Shown piece by piece: positions 42,929 to 51,829 of a stretch of 64,000 bases of DNA. The stretch comes from Candidatus Binatia bacterium (GTDB taxonomy: Bacteria > Desulfobacterota > Binatia > Bin18): assembly GCA_963664395.2 (NCBI GenBank), contig OY761159.2, positions 160,001 through 224,000 of the forward strand, given 5' to 3'. The first letter of the stretch is position 1; each line of letters opens with the position of its first letter. A model generated the notes under the pieces. It was not told where the DNA came from. It ran no database searches and was given only the letters and a program-made list of their open reading frames with translations. Position numbers and translations under genes: made by a program.

Positions 42929-43075
42929 GAGCACTGACACCCCATTGTCCCTTCACTCAGGTCTGCACATCACTTTCGAGGAATTGTTATGCACCCCCGC
43001 AAGAAAAGAGAGCGCTCCCACGGAGACATATTTCCCCGGTCCCGGCCTTACCCCACTACAGCAAGGAGAAACACC

Positions 43076-43420
43076 ATGGTCAGAAAGAACGCAAAAGGGT
43101 TTACTCTCATCGAACTGCTCGTTGTTGTCACCATCATTGGTATTTTGGCCGCCATTGCCATTCCCCAATTTGCTTCCTACCGTGCTCAGGCTTTTTGCTC
43201 ACGGGTTGAATCGGACGTGAAGAACACCGTCACTGCCCAAGAGGCCGAGTATGCGGATAAGCAGGCATATGACCCTTCGGTGGAGATCGAAAGTGACGGA
43301 GTCACCATCACCGTTACGGATAACACCACCAGCGTCGATGTCGCGGGTACGCACGCGACCTGCACGAAAGGCACGTTTTCTTTCGGCGGCAGCACCGGCA
43401 AGTATACCTGGACTCCCTGA
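43076..43420 (+). CDS. pilA: Type IVa major pilin
   Basis: AAGGAG ribosome-binding site; class III signal MVRKNAKG|FTLIELL..IAIPQF; 106-aa mature protein with two Cys. Confidence 0.88.
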   Translation: MVRKNAKGFTLIELLVVVTIIGILAAIAIPQFASYRAQAFCSRVESDVKNTVTAQEAEYADKQAYDPSVEIESDGVTITVTDNTTSVDVAGTHATCTKGTFSFGGSTGKYTWTP

Positions 43421-43488
43421 TTCTCTCTCCGGTTTTCTCACAAAGGCGGGGAGTGGCGACGCAGGAGGGACTGCCTAGAGCAGACCGG

Positions 43489-44397
43489 TCAACTTCGCGC
43501 TTCAGCCAGGAGCGACCGGGCCTCTGCTGGCTCAAAGGAGTACTGCTCGGCACAGAATTCACACGCGGCCGAGATTCGGCCTTCTTTCTCAAGCAGCTCT
43601 TCTACTTCTTCAGAGCCAAGGGCAACAATAATACCTTGCACACGTTCGCGTGAACAGCGACAGGCAAAGCGAACTGGCATTTCATCCAGGAGCGTCGGAG
43701 AAAAACTGGCTAATACCTGCCTCAAGATTTCCCACGGACCCAGCCCGCCACGCACCATCTGACTGACGGGTCTCGCCTGGGCCACCGCCTCTTCTATGCG
43801 AGCCAGTATCGCGTCATCCGCATCTGGCATGGCTTGGATGATGAAGCCACCGGCAGCAGAGACGACTTCGTCGGACCGAACAAAGACCCCTAAGCTCACC
43901 GCAGAGGGAACTTGTTCAGATGTCAGCAAATAGTGGGCAATATCCTGACCAATTTCTCCTGAGACAATGGGAAGGACGGAACGATAGGGTTCTTTATCCC
44001 AGTGCTGCCGTCGCACGACAGCCAGGGTTCCCGTTCCAACAACGCCGCCAACATCCAACTTGCCATTTTTTATGGGGAGATGCGCCCGGGGCTGATAGAC
44101 AAAACCACGCACTTCTCCTTTCGCATTGGCATCAGTAACCACCCCGTGGAGTGGCCCGTTGCCCATAAACTGAATAGAGAGTTGTTCCTCCTCTTTCATC
44201 ATACTGCCCATGAGTAGTCCCGCGGTCATGACACGTCCGAGAGCGGCAGTCGCCGTAGGAGCAGTCTTATGACGCTCCCGTGCTTCTTCCGCAACACCAG
44301 TAGTCACCACGGCCAGGGCGCGGATGGTGTTGCTGGCAGCCGTTGCCTTTACCAACACATCAGCAGGAATTGAACGATTCATGATGGGGTCAGACAC
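43489..44397 (-). CDS. hslO: Hsp33 redox-regulated chaperone
   Basis: AALGR, SGEIGQD..YLLTSEQVPS and CRC..CEFC Zn motif; start may be a few codons downstream. Confidence 0.93.
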   Translation of the reverse strand: MSDPIMNRSIPADVLVKATAASNTIRALAVVTTGVAEEARERHKTAPTATAALGRVMTAGLLMGSMMKEEEQLSIQFMGNGPLHGVVTDANAKGEVRGFVYQPRAHLPIKNGKLDVGGVVGTGTLAVVRRQHWDKEPYRSVLPIVSGEIGQDIAHYLLTSEQVPSAVSLGVFVRSDEVVSAAGGFIIQAMPDADDAILARIEEAVAQARPVSQMVRGGLGPWEILRQVLASFSPTLLDEMPVRFACRCSRERVQGIIVALGSEEVEELLEKEGRISAACEFCAEQYSFEPAEARSLLAEARS

Positions 44398-45622
44398 GCA
44401 CGTCTGAGGCGGATCGTCTTTTTTTCTTGGCAGCAGACTGCTGACGGGAATGCACGTCTAACGGAACAGTTTCTACGACCTCAAGTCCGTATCCCGGCAA
44501 GCTCACTAAACGGCGCGGAGAGTTCGTCAAAAGTCGCATCTTGCGGACGCCCAGGTCGCGGAGAATCTGTGCGCCGATGCCATAATCCCGAAAATCCCGC
44601 AACTGAGAACCCGGATTCGTACTCGCCTGCTCCGCGCTTTTGTTGGTGTGTTTATCCGCCCGGCTCGTATCACGGAAGAGTTGCTCTCCCTGGCCTCCTT
44701 GGCGCAAGTAGAGAATGACCCCTTTTCCTTCTGCTGCGATCATTGCCATGGACTGCTGCAGGAGAGCGCTGGTATTGCCGAAGGTATAGCCGAAGACATC
44801 TCCCGGCACATACTCGGCGTGCGGCCGAACGAGCACGGGTTCATCCGGGTTGATCTCGCCCTTGACCAGCACAAAATGCTCGGCCTCATCCACGTCGCTG
44901 GTATAGACGTGGGCCGTGAATTCTCCTCCGTACCGGGTTGGAAGGCGGGCCTCAGCAACATGATGGACCAAGGAATCATGCTCAAGACGATAGTGGATGA
45001 GGTCGGCGATCGTGGCGATTTTCACTCCGTACTCAACGGCAAATTCTTCCAGGTCGGGCAGACGGGCCATCGTCCCGTCCTCTCGCATAATCTCACAAAT
45101 GATCCCGGACGGGTCGAGGCCGGCCAAGCGGGAGAGGTCAACCGAGCCTTCCGTCTGTCCGGTGCGGACCAATACGCCCCCCTTACGGGCGCGCAGCGGG
45201 AACACATGGCCGGGCACGACAAAATCTTCAGGATGAGCGTCCTTGCGGGTGGCCGTCAGAATAGTGGCGGCTCGGTCCTCCGCCGAAACCCCCCGCGTCA
45301 CCCCCCTGCGGGCGTCAAAAGACATGGTGAATGCTGTCCCAAGAGGAGCCGTATTTTTCGCAACCATCATCGGCAGTCCAAGGGCGTCAATGCGCTCCTC
45401 CGCCATGGGCATACAAATCAACCCGCGCCCGTGTTTTGCCATAAAGTTAATGGCTTCGGGCGTCACTTTTTCCGCTGCCATGCACAGATCGCCCTCGTTC
45501 TCCCGATCTTCATCATCCATGAGGATGATCATGCGTCCGGCCCGAATTTCTTCGATCGCTTCCTGGATCGATGCGATATGAGGGCTCTTATGATCGGGAG
45601 CACGCGAAGGGACGGAAAACAT
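44390..45622 (-). CDS. ribB: 3,4-dihydroxy-2-butanone-4-phosphate synthase with degenerate GTP cyclohydrolase II domain (RibBX-type)
   Basis: DDEDRENEGD, GHVFPL and ICEIM in the RibB part; C-terminal RibA-like domain lacks the Zn-binding cysteines. Confidence 0.9.
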   Translation of the reverse strand: MFSVPSRAPDHKSPHIASIQEAIEEIRAGRMIILMDDEDRENEGDLCMAAEKVTPEAINFMAKHGRGLICMPMAEERIDALGLPMMVAKNTAPLGTAFTMSFDARRGVTRGVSAEDRAATILTATRKDAHPEDFVVPGHVFPLRARKGGVLVRTGQTEGSVDLSRLAGLDPSGIICEIMREDGTMARLPDLEEFAVEYGVKIATIADLIHYRLEHDSLVHHVAEARLPTRYGGEFTAHVYTSDVDEAEHFVLVKGEINPDEPVLVRPHAEYVPGDVFGYTFGNTSALLQQSMAMIAAEGKGVILYLRQGGQGEQLFRDTSRADKHTNKSAEQASTNPGSQLRDFRDYGIGAQILRDLGVRKMRLLTNSPRRLVSLPGYGLEVVETVPLDVHSRQQSAAKKKRRSASDVRV

Positions 45623-45874
45623 GACCTGCCTCTCTTCTAGTCGATTCCGATTCTTTTATACGAGCTTATAACTGGTGTCCTGACAATCTGTAAAGTAGCA
45701 AGATTACACTCATAGTATCGTCAAGGCTTGACCGTCCTACAAGGGACAGATAAATAGCATAGACATACTGTCTGCGGAGGGGTGGGCAAAGCTGCTAAGA
45801 GAGGGCTCTGGAACACGTTGAGAAAGGGGAGGCGTGATGCCAGACAGGGCTTCATAACATGAAGGAGAGGGTTC

Positions 45875-46285
45875 ATGCCAAACGTAACAATCCAAGGGCC
45901 GATTGACCTGCGCCAGATCATTATTCGTCGGCCAGAGATGTTCCTCCGCGACCCAGATGGCATTAAACGCGTCAGCGAGTACTATATTAATACCGAGTGC
46001 ACCAAACTACTGCTCGAAGCGCTCGTTATCGAGCCAGATAAAAAACAACAGTTCTTTATCCAGGTGTGCAAAAAGAGTAGCGGGGCGATAGTCCGCCTTG
46101 AACCGATTTCCCAAGTAGAAAAAACGGTTGGAGTCAAGCGCCTCATGGGACAAGTCGCGTTTGCCATCCGTTCACTTTTCCCAGGCGCGCGCTATGCGAA
46201 AACAAACATCGCCGAGCATCTGCCAGACAATGAGGGAATGAAAAATTCCTCACGAGGTGGAAAGAAGCTCCGCGCAGTAGCTTGA
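45875..46285 (+). CDS. Hypothetical protein
   Basis: 136-aa ORF with GAAGGAGAGG ribosome-binding site, filling an otherwise empty interval; globular-looking sequence. Confidence 0.7.
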   Translation: MPNVTIQGPIDLRQIIIRRPEMFLRDPDGIKRVSEYYINTECTKLLLEALVIEPDKKQQFFIQVCKKSSGAIVRLEPISQVEKTVGVKRLMGQVAFAIRSLFPGARYAKTNIAEHLPDNEGMKNSSRGGKKLRAVA

Positions 46286-46424
46286 ATCCGTCCTCCTCCC
46301 CCGTATTCCTTTACCAGCCTGTGTCAACCGTAGGGACACCGTGTGTCTCGCGGGCACCCTCGGCCTCCTACCAGAGCCAACCCGCCCCTCTGTCGAGAAA
46401 AGAGGGACAGACTTGATAGACAGA

Positions 46425-47366
46425 CTAGGAGAAGGCAAACCGGCTGCGGGCCCAGGCGGTTAATGCCAAGCCTATTTTAACTGGGGTTGGCAGCGTCACC
46501 CGGCGCTGAAAAACGTTAAACTTTTGCAGTGCAATTCTTTTGAGCAGTCTATGATAAATGAGCCGCATCGCTTCGGCAGCAACCAGGGAGCGGCGATCTT
46601 GACGGTCCAACAAGCTGACCGCCCGGCTATAATACGCCTGTGCGCGTTGGCTCTCGAACGTCATCAGTTTCAGGAATACCGCGTTATACTCATGACCCAG
46701 GAGTTCTTGCTCCGAGTATTCAAACCGAGCCAAGTCTGCAAGCGGTAGGTAAATCCGCTCCCGTTGAGCGTCTTCTCCCACATCACGCAGAATATTCGTC
46801 AGTTGAAACGCGATGCCCAGATTAATGGCGTATTCACGTGCTTGCGGCGACTGGTAGCCGAAAATTTCTATACATACCAAACCGACTAAAGAGGCAACCC
46901 GGTAACAGTACTCATACAGTTCCGAGAACGTCTGGTAGCGAGTCCGGCTGAGATCCATTTCAACGCCGTCAATAATGCCTGCCAGGTGTTCCTGCTGAAT
47001 GGGAAAGCGCCGTACCGCATCAGCCAAGGCGCGCGAAATGGGATGGTGCGGGGCCCCTCCATAGCAGCGGGAGAGTTCCTCTCGCCACGTGTTCAGGAGT
47101 TGGGCGAGTCGCTCTTTTCGACTCTGTGGTTGTCCCTCATCAACGTGGTCCTGGTCTGCGATATCATCCACGAATCGGCAAAAGGCATACAGCGCGCAGA
47201 GAGCATTATGCCGCTCCCAGGTAAGAAGCCGAAAAGCATGATAAAAATTTGACGAGCTGCGTTGCGTAATATGACGGCAATATGCGTACGCATCAGCGAG
47301 TGACCCAGCCTGTGGTGAGGGCACGGCCGCAGGCTGCGCCTGGAATATTTCAGTTTCCTCACCCAT
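46425..47366 (-). CDS. hpnD: Presqualene diphosphate synthase (squalene/phytoene synthase family)
   Basis: SSNFYHAF, FCRFVDDIAD, YCYRVAS and QLTNILRDVGED..RIYLP; start uncertain. Confidence 0.8.
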   Translation of the reverse strand: MGEETEIFQAQPAAVPSPQAGSLADAYAYCRHITQRSSSNFYHAFRLLTWERHNALCALYAFCRFVDDIADQDHVDEGQPQSRKERLAQLLNTWREELSRCYGGAPHHPISRALADAVRRFPIQQEHLAGIIDGVEMDLSRTRYQTFSELYEYCYRVASLVGLVCIEIFGYQSPQAREYAINLGIAFQLTNILRDVGEDAQRERIYLPLADLARFEYSEQELLGHEYNAVFLKLMTFESQRAQAYYSRAVSLLDRQDRRSLVAAEAMRLIYHRLLKRIALQKFNVFQRRVTLPTPVKIGLALTAWARSRFAFS

Positions 47367-47465
47367 CTCGCTCTTCCACCGGCCCATATTCCAGAACTGG
47401 TTCCAGTACTCGGTCAGCACTTATTGTGCGATTACATCTTTACCCAACCGTCATATCTCGTCTGC

Positions 47466-48641
47466 CTAGGCCGCTACTGTCTGTTCAGATATCCCACATA
47501 TCTTTTTCGCCTGTGTTCGTGCCCAGCCATCGGCCTCAAGAACGCTCTCCAGGTCCGTCACTGGTTGAGCATCATGAGACGCAAGGACCTGCTTATTAAT
47601 ATCGGCAATGTCGGTGAAGGCGATCTGGCCGGAAAGAAACAGCGTCACGGATACTTCGTTCGCGGCGTTGAGCACCGCGGGACACGTCCCCCCCCGCTCC
47701 AACGCCGTATAGGCCAAACCCAGACAGGGAAACTTGTCAAAATCCGGTTCGGCAAATTCGAGCCGCGCGACTTCCGCGAGATTCAACGCCGGCAGATGAT
47801 CGAGAGGTAAGCGGTCCGGATAGGCCAAGATGTATGAAATCGGCACGCGCATATCAGGAATGCCCAACTGAGCCAGCACAGAACCATCCACATACTCAAC
47901 CATGGAGTGCACAATACTTTGTGGATGCACGATCACTGACACTTGCGCGGGAGACAGGTTAAAAAGCCAGCGCGATTCAATGACTTCAAGCCCTTTGTTC
48001 ATGAGCGTTGCCGAGTCAATCGTAATTTTATTGCCCATCTTCCAGGTAGGATGCTGCAATGCTTCTTCTATGCGTATGGTCTTAAAGTCCCCGGCCGGGC
48101 GGTGTAAAAATGGCCCGCCGGAGGCGGTCAGAATAATCCGCTTGACGCGGTCTTGTTTGTGTCCATGCAGCGCCTGAAAGATAGCATTATGTTCACTATC
48201 AACAGGAAGGAGCTGCACTCCGTGTTGCGCAGCCTCACGCGTCATGAGTTCGCCGGAAATGACTAAAGCTTCTTTGTTGGCTAAGGCGACATCTTTGCCA
48301 GCCCGTATCGCCGCCAAGGTCGGGGGTAAGCCGATTGCCCCAACAAGGGCGGCCATGACCATATCCGCATCTTCATGCGTCGCAATCGCGTGCAGTCCGT
48401 CTGCGCCCCATACGATATCACCCGCAAACTCGGGCAGCTCCTGACGCAGCTTTTTTGCATCCTCTTCTTGGGAGAGAGAGACCAGCCCAGGCTGGAAAGA
48501 CCTGATTTGTTCGATGAGGGTAGTCAGGTTCTTGCCTGCCGCAAGGGCAACCACACAAAATTTTTCAGGAAAACGTCCAACAATATCGAGAGTCGACACC
48601 CCGATGGAACCGGTCGAGCCAAGAACGGCGATACGCTTCAT
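47466..48641 (-). CDS. dxr: 1-deoxy-D-xylulose-5-phosphate reductoisomerase
   Basis: LGSTGSIG, LANKE, PVDSEH, TASGGPF and MNKGLE motifs. Confidence 0.97.
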   Translation of the reverse strand: MKRIAVLGSTGSIGVSTLDIVGRFPEKFCVVALAAGKNLTTLIEQIRSFQPGLVSLSQEEDAKKLRQELPEFAGDIVWGADGLHAIATHEDADMVMAALVGAIGLPPTLAAIRAGKDVALANKEALVISGELMTREAAQHGVQLLPVDSEHNAIFQALHGHKQDRVKRIILTASGGPFLHRPAGDFKTIRIEEALQHPTWKMGNKITIDSATLMNKGLEVIESRWLFNLSPAQVSVIVHPQSIVHSMVEYVDGSVLAQLGIPDMRVPISYILAYPDRLPLDHLPALNLAEVARLEFAEPDFDKFPCLGLAYTALERGGTCPAVLNAANEVSVTLFLSGQIAFTDIADINKQVLASHDAQPVTDLESVLEADGWARTQAKKICGISEQTVAA

Positions 48642-48839
48642 CTTCTCCACCCTCTCCTCTGGTTGCATTTCAGAGTTCTCCCTCAATAACGGGATACTTT
48701 TCTCCATAACCAGCATTCGTACCGAACAGGATGAGGAGCCGTCAAGCTCAGCCTGCTCATACCGCTCTTCCCGCCCTTTTCTCCCGGATCGTTGCCCTTC
48801 TCAAAAACTCTGGTATCGTGGCCCTAGACCGGGGAAAAC

Positions 48840-50132
48840 ATGACTCGACACTTTTATCTTGCCTTTCTTCTTGCGACTACCCTTCTCCTTACTCACTCGC
48901 CAAGTCTGAGCGCAGCACCAAATCGGATCGCCTATATTGATCGCGCCGGTGATCTGTATACCATTCGGCCGGACGGTACAGGCCGCCAGGAAATGGCGTC
49001 CGGAGAAATGCTCCAGCAGGTCAGCTTCGCCCCCCGCCCGGTCCAGCGAGATCGGGACTTTTATAGCTGGCCGGCCTGGTCACCGAACGGACAGCGCCTT
49101 GCCTGCTTTCGAGTTGAGATCATTAGTGGTCAACCAACAGATGGTCTCTATATTTTTGACGCTGCCAGTGCGCGCGTTCTCCATGCCTATAAGGAGCCCG
49201 GTCTACAACCTATCTATGCGTATTGGTCACCCACCAGTCAGCAATTGGGTATCCTGTTGGGCAACCGGAGGCCTTTTTCATTGAACCTCTGGCCGACATT
49301 GAGCGGCCGACGCCCCCAAAGGGTTACCCAAGGTGCGCCCTTTTACTTTAATTGGCGCGCGGATGGACAAGCCGTACTCGCTCATACGGGAAGAAGTCGG
49401 GAAGGAGAAGCCGGCCATTCCGTCAGCGTCGTCGCCATTCCCACGGGCGAACGGCACCTGGTCTCTCGCTCGCCCGCGGCATTCGGACCCCCTTCCTGGT
49501 CCTTTGATGGGAAATGGCTCGCGTATGGCAATACAGTGGAAGGCCAAGAAAAAGCTTCACTTATGATCGCCACCGGCGACGGCAGTCAGCCTGAATCCGT
49601 GGCGCTTGTCCCAGAACGTATTGCCCTCGAATGGTCCCCTACTCACCCCCTTTTAGCTATTGCCACCACGTCCTTTGTCGGAGATCCCCTCTTTGAGGAG
49701 ATTCGCTTATTTGACGTAGCATCAGGAACGCTACAAACCCTTATCAAAGATAATTTCGCCGCCTTTTTCTGGTCCCCGGATGGGACCCGTATCCTGTATG
49801 CCAAACGCAACCTGGATCGCGCGGACTGGACTTGGGTGGTGGTAGATGTACACAGCCGAAAATCCGTTCCAGTGGTCAACTTCATTCCATCTCGTCCCCA
49901 GCTCCTGGTCTTCCAGTATTTTGACCAGTATGCACTTTCGCATCGCCTCTGGTCTCCGGACAGTCGGTTTTTTACTTTCAGCGGACATACAAGCACCAAT
50001 CCTGACCCAGCCCCGGGCTTTCGTCGCCCGTCCGTCTATGTCGTCCCAGTAACGGAAGATGCGGAAGATGCGACAGATGCGACACCACAGCGGCTTTCAG
50101 ATGGCCATATCGCCTTCTGGTCTCCCCACTAA
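48840..50132 (+). CDS. Exported TolB-like beta-propeller (PD40 repeat) protein
   Basis: Signal peptide; repeated WSPxG motifs (WSPNG, WSFDG, WSPDG, WSPDS). Confidence 0.75.
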   Translation: MTRHFYLAFLLATTLLLTHSPSLSAAPNRIAYIDRAGDLYTIRPDGTGRQEMASGEMLQQVSFAPRPVQRDRDFYSWPAWSPNGQRLACFRVEIISGQPTDGLYIFDAASARVLHAYKEPGLQPIYAYWSPTSQQLGILLGNRRPFSLNLWPTLSGRRPQRVTQGAPFYFNWRADGQAVLAHTGRSREGEAGHSVSVVAIPTGERHLVSRSPAAFGPPSWSFDGKWLAYGNTVEGQEKASLMIATGDGSQPESVALVPERIALEWSPTHPLLAIATTSFVGDPLFEEIRLFDVASGTLQTLIKDNFAAFFWSPDGTRILYAKRNLDRADWTWVVVDVHSRKSVPVVNFIPSRPQLLVFQYFDQYALSHRLWSPDSRFFTFSGHTSTNPDPAPGFRRPSVYVVPVTEDAEDATDATPQRLSDGHIAFWSPH

Positions 50133-50175
50133 GGACCTCCTTTCCCCACTGACAGGCCTGCTTCGGGCTAAAAGC

Positions 50176-50288
50176 TGACGAAAAAATAGGCGTTGCTTAA
50201 AATCCAGTCAGCAGAATCATTGCCTCGGGCTCCCCAAACGCAGAGAGATCAAGCAAACAGGGCATTTCTCGGTCGGCATTCTTTTTGC
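50176..50288 (+). promoter_or_regulatory. Putative sigma54 promoter with tandem NtrC-like enhancer sites upstream of amtB
   Basis: CGGCAT-TCTTT-TTGC (GG-N10-GC, 50274-50288); upstream 17-mers TGACGAAAAAATAGGCG (50176-50192) and TGCTTAAAATCCAGTCA (50194-50210). Confidence 0.55.
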
Positions 50289-50383
50289 CTATTGTAGGGC
50301 TACCCTCGCCTGCCGTTACCAATCTGGGGCAATCGGTAACGGACATGCTCGTTCTTTGTGCGTGAGGGAAGGAGGAGTCCATA

Positions 50384-51712
50384 GTGAAAATTTTTCGGAA
50401 GACGCAACAATCTATCCTTTTTGGGCTGGGCGCACTGTCGCTCGGTCTACTCAGCATGCTCGGTACAGCCGCGCCGGCTTGGGCCGAGGAAGCAGCAACG
50501 CTCAATAGCGGAGACACCGCCTGGATGATCGTCGCCACGGCGCTGGTGCTCTTCATGACCCTTCCGGGTCTGGCACTGTTCTATGGCGGCCTGGTGAGGA
50601 CAAAGAACGTCCTCTCGGTCCTCGGTCAATGCCTTGCAATGGCCAGCGTCATGACCCTGCTCTGGATCATCTACGGCTACAGCTATGCCGCCACCGATGG
50701 CAACGCAATAATGGGAGACGCCTCCAAGCTCTTCCTCAAGGATCTGACGGTTGACGCCCTCAGTGGCACCATACCCGAGTCGGTCTTCCTGACCTTCCAG
50801 ATGACCTTTGCGATCATCACCCCGGCACTCATCGTTGGAGCCTTTGCCGAGCGTATGAAGTTCAGCGCCATGCTAATTTTCATGATTATCTGGTTCACCT
50901 TCAGCTATATACCGGTCTGGCATATGGCCTGGGGCGGCGGCCTTTTTGCCGGCTGGGGAGTGCTTGATTTTGCCGGCGGTACCGTCGTGCATATCAATGC
51001 CGGTGTCGCCGCGCTGGTTGTCTGCATCATGATCGGCTCGCGCACCGGCTATCCCACAGAGCCCATGCGGCCCCACAGCCTCGTCCTGACCGTTGTCGGA
51101 GCCAGCATGCTCTGGGTGGGCTGGTTTGGCTTCAACGCCGGCAGCGAGTTCGCCGCGGACGGCATCGCCGGCATGGCCCTACTCGTCACCCAGATCTCCA
51201 CTGCCACGGCTGTGGTCGTCTGGATGCTCATCGAGTGGTTCGGGCACGGCAAGCCGAGCATTCTCGGTATGGCGACCGCCGCGGTGGCAGGCCTGGTCGC
51301 CATTACGCCTGCTAGCGGCACAGCCGGCCCTATGGGCGCGATCCTGATCGGCGCCGCCTCGGCCGTCTTCTGCTACCTGGCCGCCACCAAGCTGAAACGG
51401 GCACTCGGCTATGACGACAGCCTCGACGTCTTCAGCGTGCACGGCATCGGTGGAATTGTTGGAGCGCTCCTGACCGGGCTGTGCGCAGCCGAATTTATGG
51501 GCGGCGTTGGTCTCGGCGAAGCGGTGACCGTTACGGCCCAGGTCACCGCACAGGCCAAGGGCATTGGCGTCACCGTCATCTGGAGTGGTGTCGTTTCTGT
51601 TGTCGCCTACCTTGTCGCCAATGCCCTCACCGGAGGGGCTCGCATCAGCGAAGAAGGTGAACAGCAGGGCCTTGACCTGACCGACCACGACGAGAGCGGC
51701 TATATCGCCTGA
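50384..51712 (+). CDS. amtB: Ammonium transporter
   Basis: DFAGGTVVHINAG, WVGWFGFNAGS and DDSLDVFSVHG (twin His); signal peptide. Confidence 0.96.
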   Translation: MKIFRKTQQSILFGLGALSLGLLSMLGTAAPAWAEEAATLNSGDTAWMIVATALVLFMTLPGLALFYGGLVRTKNVLSVLGQCLAMASVMTLLWIIYGYSYAATDGNAIMGDASKLFLKDLTVDALSGTIPESVFLTFQMTFAIITPALIVGAFAERMKFSAMLIFMIIWFTFSYIPVWHMAWGGGLFAGWGVLDFAGGTVVHINAGVAALVVCIMIGSRTGYPTEPMRPHSLVLTVVGASMLWVGWFGFNAGSEFAADGIAGMALLVTQISTATAVVVWMLIEWFGHGKPSILGMATAAVAGLVAITPASGTAGPMGAILIGAASAVFCYLAATKLKRALGYDDSLDVFSVHGIGGIVGALLTGLCAAEFMGGVGLGEAVTVTAQVTAQAKGIGVTVIWSGVVSVVAYLVANALTGGARISEEGEQQGLDLTDHDESGYIA

Positions 51713-51762
51713 GGCGACTGACCGCGGTCAACTGGCATTCGGAGCTATCGATCCTTCAACAC

Positions 51763-51797
51763 ACTCGGGCCGGTCCGGAGCCGGTCCGAGTTTCTTT
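51763..51797 (+). terminator. Intrinsic terminator of amtB
   Basis: ACTCGGGCCGG..CCGGTCCGAGT stem followed by TTCTTT. Confidence 0.7.
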
Positions 51798-51829
51798 GAC
51801 CTTTACCCCTCTCTCTAGTGGCCGATACA

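Noticed and set aside
42929-43075. sigma54 promoter for the pilin
   Set aside because: The best candidate has GG-N9-GC spacing rather than the required N10
44648-45640. 330-aa plus-strand ORF
   Set aside because: Antisense to ribBX, with no domain signal
45623-45875. FMN riboswitch upstream of ribBX, or c-di-GMP riboswitch
   Set aside because: The conserved cores (AGGGCxGGGTGAAATTCCC; GGCAAAC..GACGCAAAG) are not present
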